NCBI RefSeq assembly: GCF_902713615.1
Contig: NC_052160.1
Span: 2,170,001 to 2,234,000, forward strand
Source: Scyliorhinus canicula
Taxonomy: Eukaryota
DNA length: 64,000 nt
Direction of reading: 5' to 3'
The notes beneath the pieces are model-generated. The model searched no databases and was not told where the DNA came from. It was given only the letters and a program-made list of their open reading frames with translations. Positions 1 to 64,000 of this stretch are shown in pieces. Position 1 is the stretch's first letter. Each line of letters starts with the position of its first letter. The position numbers were made by a program, and so were the translations under genes.

Positions 1-49
1 ATTGGTTCTGTAACACCGTTGTTCTTGTTGACCCATGTTGGTTCCCGGG

Positions 50-415
50 CAAGCAACATCTTGATTTCAAAATTCTCATTCTTGATTTCAAATTTCTCCA
101 TGCCCTTTGGAGTTCTGTAATTTCCTCTAACCCTCTGATATCTGCACTCCTCTGATTCTGGCCTTTTGTCCATTCCTGGTCATAACTGCTGCACCTTTGT
201 GACCTTGTCTGAAATTCCCTGGGCCGTAAGCTCTGGAATTGCCTACTTCCGCCTCTAACTTACTTTCCTCTTTCAACACACTTAAGCTTTTGGTCATCGG
301 CCATCTGACCTAAAATCTCTTTTTTGCAGTTTGGTGTCGGACTTTGTTTATAATGTTCCTGTGAAACCCTCTTGGAATGTTTCTTTGTGTTAAAAGGTGC
401 TCAATAAATTATTGT
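50..415 (+). mobile_element. Degenerate L2-clade LINE 3' fragment
   Basis: Decayed ORF2 end (FKILIL.FK.LH...PKLWN.L) and tail; related pieces at about 5650-5790, 5980-6060 and 23560-23820. Confidence 0.6.
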
Positions 416-431
416 TAATTCGTCATCGAAT

Positions 432-715
432 GGGTGGCATGGTAGCACAGTGGTTAGCACTGTTGCTTCACAGCGCCAGGGTCCCAGGTTCAATTCCCTC
501 TTGGTCACTGTCCGTGCGGAGTCTGCATGTTCTCCCCGTGTCTGTGTGGGTTTCTTCCCACAAGTCCCGAAATACGTGCTTGTTAAGTGAATTGGACATT
601 CTGAATTCTCCCTCCGTGTACCTGAACAGACGCCGGAATGTGGCAACTAGGAGATTTTCACAGGAACTTCATTGCAGTGTTAATGTATGCCTACTTTTCA
701 CACTGATAAAGATGA
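432..715 (+). mobile_element. tRNA-derived V-SINE with tail type B
   Basis: A/B-box head, V-domain (GGAGTCTGCA...CTCCCCGTGTCTG.GTGGGTTTC), tail ...ACTTCATTGCAGTGTTAATGTA...GATAAAG; same family at 17629 and 30554. Confidence 0.85.
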
Positions 716-2019
716 TCTTATGTCAGCTTTTCTTTGACAGGCATTTAGGTGTCTGTTTTCAGAAATACTTATGGTACAAAAATAGCAGAGGATAGGCCGG
801 TAAGAGAAGCAGGAAATAACTCAATTTTTGATCATAAGAAAGAGCCAAACTTTGGGTTAAAAGAGGGTAAAATGAGTGAGTTGATAAGAAAAGCCTATTA
901 CTTAAACAAAATTTACCACAAGGAAAAACAACATGAGACGCTGAAATCTTCCCTAGAAATTGAAGATTTTTACTTGGTACAGAACCACCAGGAGCTTGCT
1001 AGTGTAATTACAGTGTGACAAATGTAAATAGTTAATACACATTGATTGTGGACACAGGAAGTAAAAAGTTTTGACTGAAGGAGTCAGGAAATGTAAGCGG
1101 ATGTAATAAATGTATATTAAATGCATAAAGTGGACCACAACGTTTTACAAGTAGGTGCTGCTGGAATTATTTTTGTTTAAATCTCCTAATACTACATGTG
1201 AAAGCCATTGTTTGCTGCCTATTTAGATTGCTTCGTTGCTGCAAGCATTCTTCATTTGGTGGCTGTTCTGCTTCACAATTTCCGAATCAACTGTTTTCTG
1301 GAAAGACTGATATGAGTAGTGTTAAGATGTCTTTTTGAGGCAACATTTCAAAGCATTTTGATTCTCGGGACTATATGATAAGTTGTGTATTCAAAGTCGG
1401 GTAATCGGTGCTTAAGTCAATTGGACGTCGCGACACACCAACACTAAGGGAGCCATCCCGGTTTCGGACGCTTATAGGGGGGATGCTCATAATCTCAGCC
1501 AGGGTTGGGAAGGCAACAGCAAACCTGAAAACCTGTTTAAAGATGGATGGGCTGCTTCTCCCAGTAGAAATTTGCAACACCGTGAATATTGGCTCTTCAA
1601 CAATATTTTTGTATCCTTGTGGGCCTCTTGCTTTTATGCTGCTATTTTCTCCACTTTATTTGATCACTTATAGGATTTGAAGAAGGGTCTCATGGCAGGG
1701 GGGGGGGGGGGGGGGTGCGTGGAAAATGACATGAAACGATCAGGACTTTAATTACCGATGGCAGGGTGTCGAATGAGTGTTGAGGCAGTGTTTTAGGTCA
1801 TTGCCAAACCACCTGCAGGAAGCTTTTCTCCACCTCAACCTGTTGTTCATTTTGCTGAACCTGCTGGGATGAAAATCATTGTACACAATTGAGCATCCCT
1901 TTTTCCATTGTGTTTCTGTGATTCATTCACCGTGCCTCCTATTGATTTACATTATTTTGATGTTTTTATCACAAATACCAGCCTCCTAATAATAGAATGT
2001 CATTTCTGAATTTTCAGTA

Positions 2020-2455
2020 CTCTTCACTTAATGGATAGGGAGGAATCTGGCATACAAAGGAACCTGGGGCCTTTCTCCAGAGTTTGGAAGAATGAGAAGT
2101 GATCACATTGAAGCATACAAAACTCTTCCAGTGTTCAACAGGGTAGATGCAGGAAAGATGTTTCCCCTGGATCCAGGGGTCTAAAACGCAGTGTTTGAAT
2201 AAGAAACCATTTAGGACTGAGGTGAGGAGGAATTTCTTCAACGAGGATAGAGAATCTTTGGATTTGTCTACCCCAGAGGGATATGGAGGCTTCATCATTG
2301 AGTATGCTCAAGACAGTGATTGATACATTACCAGACATTAAAAATATCTAGGTATATGGGGATAGTGCAGGAAAATTATGTTGAGGTAGAAAATCAGTTG
2401 AATGGTACATTAAGCTCGAGGAGGCAAATGGTCTACTCCTATTTCCTATGTTCCT
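2020..2455 (+). mobile_element. CR1 LINE 3' fragment, degenerate
   Basis: Decayed LGLFSLE.RR...FRTEVRRNFF..R motif and a CR1-type GAATGGCCTACTCCT...CTATGTTC-like tail. Confidence 0.75.
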
Positions 2456-2831
2456 GCAAATAGAAAGCCTTTGCACACGTGGTGACTGGCCAGACTTTAT
2501 TTGAAATATAGTTCTGGGAAGTATAGATATGCTTGCATTTCTTGGATGATTATGGGAAATCTCAAAATCAAGTCCTCCATCCTTCAGAAGCATAGGCAGT
2601 AATTGTTCTCAGAATATTTTAAATACACGTTATACTGTACAAGTAGGTATATAAATATTTGGCTACCTTATTTCCAGTACCCTATTTCTCAACTTCATGA
2701 AAACATAAGATGGCAGCTGAAAGGATTTTCAGTGTTTTAAGAAAGGGTTAATTGTTGGCTACCTGCTTGATTGGTAGTTTTTTATCCCAATTGTGATCTC
2801 ATCAAGCACCCTATCTGCTCAGTTGTGATTC

Positions 2832-3176
2832 TCATAGAATTTACAGTGCAGAAGGAGGCCATTTGGCCCATCGAGACTGCACCGGCTCTTGGGAATGAGA
2901 CCCCACCCGAGGTCAACATCTCCCTATTCCCATAACCCAGTAACCCCACCCAACACTAAGGGCAATTTTGGACACTAAGGGCAATTTATCATGGCCAATC
3001 CACCTAACCTGCACATCTTTGGACTGTGGGAGGAAACCAGAGCACCCGGAGGAAACCCACGCACAAACGGGGAGGATGTGCAGACTCCGCACAGACAGTG
3101 ACCCAAGACAGGAATCGAACCTGGGACCCTGGAGCTGTGAAGCATTTGTGCTATCCATAATGCTACCGTGCTGCCC
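2832..3176 (-). mobile_element. HE1-like V-SINE, full length (CR1-type tail)
   Basis: tRNA head, V-domain and ATGGGCC.AATGGCCTCCTTCTGCACTGTAAATTCTATGA tail; near-identical copies across the window. Confidence 0.9.
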
Positions 3177-3184
3177 TTAGTTTC

Positions 3185-3590
3185 TCTTCCATCGGTTGTC
3201 GCCATTGCTGTCATCAGTCCCTTGAAACGAGGATGATATCTGCCGGGCTGCATGATTGTGTGTCCTCAGTTGACTCAGGCCAATACTGGAACCAAAGACC
3301 TTTGGATAAGAAGGACAAGAGTTGCCCAAGGAAGGGGGTTCTCGAGCTCCGGGTTCTGCTCTCTTTCTGCTGTTGTTGCTTCCCAGCCGAGTTTATGCGT
3401 TCAGTTTCTCACTATGCTGCGGCTTGTTGGATATGGCACTGCCACATATACAGATAGGGAGCGCTAAGTTTCTTTCACGCACCAGTGTCAATTTCCCCCC
3501 CTTTTCACTCCGGCCTTGAGTGTCCTTAAAACAGTATTTCTGTCCCTGAGATTGCGTGCCATTCTTAAGTTCACTGCTCAACTCGTGAAA
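3185..3590 (-). mobile_element. RTE-clade LINE 3' fragment
   Basis: Minus-strand translation QGQKYCFKDT...CPSYPKVFGSSIGLSQLRTH resembles the RTE C-terminus (GGQKKRFKDTLK...CGSRIGLxSHLRTH). Confidence 0.7.
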
Positions 3591-4283
3591 GAAAGCTGCT
3601 ATGCTTTGACTCTACCATTGCTTAAGTGGGTGTTTCTAAAGCCTGGGAGAAGGTCACTGAAAGAGCCCATGTGTATGTCTGCTTTTCAAAATGCTTAACT
3701 TCTTAACTAACCTCGTTGGGAGAATTTTGTTTCCTTTACTATAGCTACCAAAGACCTTTTAGTTTTCAAAGATCATATGAAATGAATTATAAATGTGGAC
3801 TTTGTTTCAGAACTTTACATAAAGATTGCACCACTAATAAAGAATTGCAGATTGAGATATTTTAAGCACTTCTTTGGCATTGTTTGCTAAGCAGAGTTGA
3901 CCAAATCTCAGAAGCAGAGAGTTTGTGTTTTTAGAATGGAGCAAAGTGCAGATCACAATAACCCTTTGAGTGAACAAAAGGATTGTCCCCTCTCTTTGGG
4001 CATCTCATCTATTAATATCAAGTCAAATGCACAAATACAATAGAATGTCACACCTCCTTCTCAGAAGGATATTAGTGAAACGGTTAGGTTTTTACAGCAA
4101 TCTTGCAGCTTTCGTGGGTATTTTCTGTTAGCCCAGAAATTGCCAGGTTTATTGAATATGGGCTCCGAGATTATTACCATGAAGCGATTTGAACTCCCTG
4201 CCTCTTGGTTGTATGTTCAGTATCATAACCACAGCACTACCGTTTATATTTTTTACTTTATTGTATGATGTTTCACTTTTTAG

Positions 4284-59664
<55,381 letters not shown>

Positions 59665-59829
59665 TAAGTGTGTGGATAATTTTGTTTTTAAACTATTCAG
59701 TCGCCTTAGCTTTGCACATGGGACCTTATCAAGTGTATTCTTCGAGTGCAGTTTGGTTAGGCGACAGGAATAATCTACCAGAGTATTGAGATATAATTCA
59801 GTCACTGTTTTAAATTAATATATTTTAAC

Positions 59830-62130
59830 CCTTGCAGCTAGATTACCCTGGATGATAAAGGATATTGATGATAAAATAAGGAAGAAAAAAATAATAGTAG
59901 CAATAGAAATCAGGAAGAGCATTTCAATTGCAGGAGAGAGGCTAAGGCTGGAATAAGGAAGGCTAAGAGGAAGCATGAGGAAAGGATGGCAAGCTGTGCG
60001 AAAACAAATAGCAATTTCAAGATGGTCAGCAAGAGAGCTCGGAGTGAGATGAGGAGAAACTTTACTCAGAGTTGTTGGGGTTTGGAATGTGCTGCCTGGG
60101 AGAGTTGTTGGGGTTTGGAATGCGCTGCCTGGGAGAGTTGTTGGGGATGGAATGTGCTGCCTGGGAGAGTTGTTGGGGTTTGGAATGTGCTGCCTGGGAG
60201 AGTTGTTGGGGATGGAATGTGCTGCCTGGGAGAGTTGTTGGGGATGGAATGTGCTGCCTGGGAGAGTTGTTGGGGTTTGGAATGTGCTGCCTGGGAGAGT
60301 TGTTGGGATTTGGAATGTGCTGTCTGGGAAAGTTGTTGGGGATGGAATGTGCTGCCTGGGAGAGTTGTTGGTGATGGAATGTGCTGCCTGGGAGAGTTGT
60401 TGGGGTTTGGAATGCGCTGCCTGGGAGAGTTGTTGGGGATGGAATGTGCTGCCTGGGAGAGTTGTTGGGGTTTGGAATGTGCTGCCTGGGAGAGTTGTTG
60501 GGGATGGAATGTGCTGCCTGGGAGAGTTGTTGGGGATGGAATGTGCTGCCTGGGAGAGTTGTTGGGGTTTGGAATGTGCTGCCTGGGAGAGTTGTTGGGA
60601 TTTGGAATGTGCTGTCTGGGAAAGTTGTTGGGGATGGAATGTGCTGCCTGGGAGAGTTGTTGGTGATGGAATGTGCTGCCTGGGAGAGTTGTTGGGGATG
60701 GAATGTGCTGCCTGGGAGAGTTGTCGGGGTTTGGAATGCGCTGCCTGGGAGAGTTGTTGGGGATTGGAATGCGCTGCCTGGGAGAGTTGTTGGGGTTTGG
60801 AATGTGCTGCCTGGAGAGTTGTTGGGGTTTGGAATGCGCTGCCTGGGAGAGTTGTTGGGGATGGAATGCGCTGCCTGGGAGAGTTGTTGGGGTTTGGAAT
60901 GTGCTGCCTGGGAGAGTTGTTGGGGATGGAATGTGCTGCCTGGGAGAGTTGTTGGGGATGGAATGTGCTGCCTGGGAGAGTTGTTGGGGTTTGGAATGTG
61001 CTGCCTGGGAGAGTTGTTGGGATTTGGAATGTGCTGTCTGGGAAAGTTGTTGGGGATGGAATGTGCTGCCTGGGAGAGTTGTTGGTGATGGAATGTGCTG
61101 CCTGGGAGAGTTGTTGGGGTTTGGAATGTGCTGCCTGGGAGAGTGGTTGGGGTTTGGAATGCGCTACCTGGGAGAGTTGTTGGGGTTTGGAATGTGCTGC
61201 CTGGGAGAGTTGTTGGGGATGGAATGTGCTGCCTGGGAGAGTTGTTGGGGATGGAATGTGCTGCCTGGGAGAGTTGTTGGGGATGGAATGCGCTGCCTGG
61301 GAGAGTTGTTGGGGTTTGGAATGTGCTGCCTGGGAGAGTTGTTGGGGTTTGGAATGTGCTGCCTGGGAGAGTTGTTGGGTTTGGAATGTGCTGCCTGGGA
61401 GAGTTGTTGGGGATGGAATGTGCTGTCTGGGAGAGTTGTTGGGGTTTGGAATGCGCTGTCTGGGAGAGTTGTTGGGGTTTGGAATGCGCTGCCTGGGAGA
61501 GTTGTTGGGGTTTGGAATGTGCTGTCTGGGAGAGTTGTTGGGGTTTGGAATGCGCTGCCTGGGAGAGTTGTTGGGGTTTGGAATGTGCTGCCTGGGAGAG
61601 TTGTTGGGGTTTGGAATGTGCTGTCTGGGAGAGTTGTTGGGGTTTGGAATGTGCTGTCTGGGAGAGTTGTTGGGGATGGAATGTGCTGCCTGGGAGAGTT
61701 GTTGGGGTTTGGAATGTGCTGTCTGGGAGAGTTGTTGGGGTTTGGAATGCGCTGCCTGGGAGAGTTGTTGGGGTTTGGAATGTGCTGCCTGGGAGAGTTG
61801 TTGGGGTTTGGAATGTGCTGCCTGGGAGAGTTGTTGGGGTTTGGAATGTGCTGCCTGGGAGAGTTGTTGGGGTTTGGAATGTGCTGCCTGGGAGAGTTGT
61901 TGGGGTTTGGAATATGCTGCCTGGGAGAGTTGTTGGGGTTTGGAATATGGTGCCTGGGAGAGTGGTGGAGGTGGAGTCCACAGGAGATTTCAAAAGACAG
62001 CTGGATATAGATTTGAAAGTGATTAATTTAGAGGGCTACAGAGATAGGACTGTGGAATGGGACTAGCTAGATTGCTCTTTTGGGAGCTGGTGCAGACACA
62101 GTGGGCCTAATGGCCTCCTTGTGTGCTGTA
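59830..62130 (+). mobile_element. CR1 LINE remnant with an internal minisatellite
   Basis: IRKAKRKHEERMA...EMRRNF.TQR before the array; RVVEVESTGDFKRQLDIDL and GGTGCAGACAC..TGGGCCTAATGGCCTCCT tail after it. Confidence 0.85.
60068..61965 (+). repeat. 32/33-bp minisatellite (GAGAGTTGTTGGGGTTTGGAATGTGCTGCCTGG), ~58 units, derived from the CR1 ORF2 RVVGVWNALP motif
   Basis: Direct tandem units; 33-bp unit translates as RVVGVWNVLPG; 32-bp GGGGATGG variant. Confidence 0.95.
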
Positions 62131-62459
62131 AATAACAAACAAAACTTTTATGTAATTTATACATTAATTGGAAAACTTGCTGGAAAATTGGGAAACGGAG
62201 GCAGAGTTGGTTGAAACTGCTCCCTGCAGTACACAGGAGCTGGAAATTTCAAAATCAGGATGGTGTAATTATAACATATGTTAATATAAAATGCCTTTAA
62301 TCTAAATCTATAGTGTCTGATTCTGGACACTGCAGTTTTTGAAGGTGGTTGTGATTGAGATTTATTAGAATGATATCAGAAATGCTAGGTTTAAGTTAAA
62401 GAAACAGGTTGTTGTCCTTTAGAGTAGTGATGGTTAAGGGGAAACTTTTTCTAAATTCT

Positions 62460-62850
62460 TCCATTTTGCACTTTTCACAATCACCGAATGCCTCCATGCT
62501 CTTACAGTCAATGCAGTACTTTTTGAAATGTAGACACTTATAATATGGGAAACGTGGCTGCCAATATGTGCCCACCAAAATCCCACAAACAGCGATGCAA
62601 TGGCCAGATAATCTACTTTTTGTGATGTTGACCAAGGCGTAGTATTGGCCGGACACCAAGGATAACTCCCCTGCTCTTTTTTGAATTCGTGCCAATGGGG
62701 CTTCAGTTTAACACCTCATCTGAGAAACGGCACCTCCGGCAATGCAGTGCTCCCTCACTACTATAATAGAATGTCGGTCTTGATTTTTGTGCCCAAGCCC
62801 GGGAGGTGAACCTGTACCTGAAACTTCAGCTCAGTTGGTACACTCTTGCC
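62460..62850 (-). mobile_element. Deu-domain SINE (SacSINE1-like)
   Basis: Reverse-complement similarity to 4687-5110 (TGAAATGTAG.CACT...TGCAGTGCTCCCTCA). Confidence 0.75.
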
Positions 62851-63695
62851 TCTCAGTCGCAAAGCTGACACAAAATCATCAGCCATAGAGGAACTGTCTC
62901 CATTGACAAACAAGTCAGTAACCAGAAGACACAGGTTTAAGTTGATGGGGAGAAAATACAGACAAGGTGAGATTTTTGTGAATACGATTGTGACATAGGA
63001 AGCTCTGACAGGGTGGTAGAAGCAGGTCTTATGATCGCCTAGCCAGCCTTGAACAGTGGCTAAGATACTGAACCAGATGTGTAACTTTTTTAAGACTGCC
63101 AAAAGATCGATTTGTTCCAGGAGTAATAATACAAGAAAAAGGGCTTGGCTATTTTTAAAACAAAAGTAAAGAAAGAACAATATTTAAAGTTTTACTTCCT
63201 GCTCTAACATTAGCAGATTACATGCAGTTTATTAACCTTAACACATGAGTTCTCGTTATACCACACTGCAACAGAACATGCAGCTCGCGTGCCATTTTCA
63301 CAGGCAAAGGCAATACTTGCATTTATGAAGCAATTTTCTTCTGTGAGGGACATTTGGTAAGAATCCTTTTCCATAGCCTGCATGGTGGCCACTTTCCCTG
63401 CTTGGTTTCCACCACCTTCTCTAACTGTTCAAAACAGCATTTTCTCTCTCTCTAAGCTCAGCCCACCCCTCAAACAAAGGTTTCCCCCTGAGGCGGCCAG
63501 ACTTGAATTTATTCTTGTTACTGCAGCTGATTCCCACTCCTGTTTATACGAAAGAACAGAGCTATGCTGTTTGTATGCAACTTAAGCTTCCATCGACTGA
63601 CACAGGTCATCGGACTCTGATGGCTGGTCAAGCAATGTTGTCCGGAATGATAATGGATCTTGAGTGGATCATCCTGGCTGAACTGGGATATCCTG

Positions 63696-64000
63696 GGCGC
63701 GATTCTCCGCCCCCCACGTTTTTTACGGCGAGCGGTGATTCTCCGAGGCCAAGCAGCCGGGCCTTCACGCCCGTTTCAACACGGCAGCAAACACACCTGC
63801 TCGCTGCCGTCATGAAACGGGCGCCAGATGCCCGTTTGGGGCATCTGGGGGCCCGATTGGCACGGCAGTACCACGGCCGTGCCAAGGGGGGCATAGGCCC
63901 GCGATTGGTGCCCACCGATCGCGGACCGTGTGTCCGTAACGGACGCACTCTTTTCCCTCCACCGCCCCGCAAGATCAAGCCGCCACGTCTTGCGGGGCGG
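63696..64000. mobile_element. GC/CpG-rich element running off the window, probably a non-autonomous DNA transposon (Harbinger-like terminus)
   Basis: Abrupt switch to CpG-rich sequence at CTG|GGCGCGATTCTCC; second TIR not in the window. Confidence 0.45.

Noticed and set aside
1698-1715. Poly-G run of about 18 nt
   Set aside because: Simple homopolymer of uncertain length with no supporting context.
2913-3253. Recurrent short ORFs (e.g. MDCGRKPEHPEETHA, LLHSSRVPGSIP)
   Set aside because: Translations of V-SINE copies that recur throughout the window.
59986-62066. Long ORFs (643/645/445/323 aa) on both strands
   Set aside because: They are translations of the 32/33-bp minisatellite, whose units lack stops; intronic, with no gene structure.

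Overview
Vertebrate nuclear DNA, almost certainly from an elasmobranch (shark; the V-SINE/Deu-SINE/CR1/Penelope repeat mix suggests a catshark-like genome). The window lies inside one + strand gene, SMG1, the PIKK-family kinase of nonsense-mediated decay (NMD). I traced 31 consecutive GT-AG coding exons (4284-59663, 4,828 nt, about 1,610 codons; exons 2-32 if human numbering holds). They encode the N-terminal HEAT/helical solenoid. Exon 1 and the kinase/FATC exons lie outside the window. Splice phases join perfectly except for one extra A in an A8 run in the exon at 46304-46506, which gives an apparent premature stop. Introns contain CR1, L2, RTE and L1 LINE fragments, several tRNA-derived SINE families, solo LTRs, one tRNA-Gln(CTG), three large tandem arrays and a 216-N gap. 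Most notable: (1) short TSD-flanked, often palindromic Penelope-type elements with minimal hammerhead-ribozyme cores near exons; (2) two minisatellites each born from a LINE ORF2 motif; (3) a tRNA-Gln abutting a V-SINE with no terminator between them; (4) a candidate stop-containing 'poison' exon and a long hairpin in repeat-poor intron 2; (5) one V-SINE head carrying four different tails. Gene and repeat-family names come from my recall of homologous sequences, not database searches, and repeat boundaries are approximate. Most long ORFs in the supplied track are repeat artefacts.
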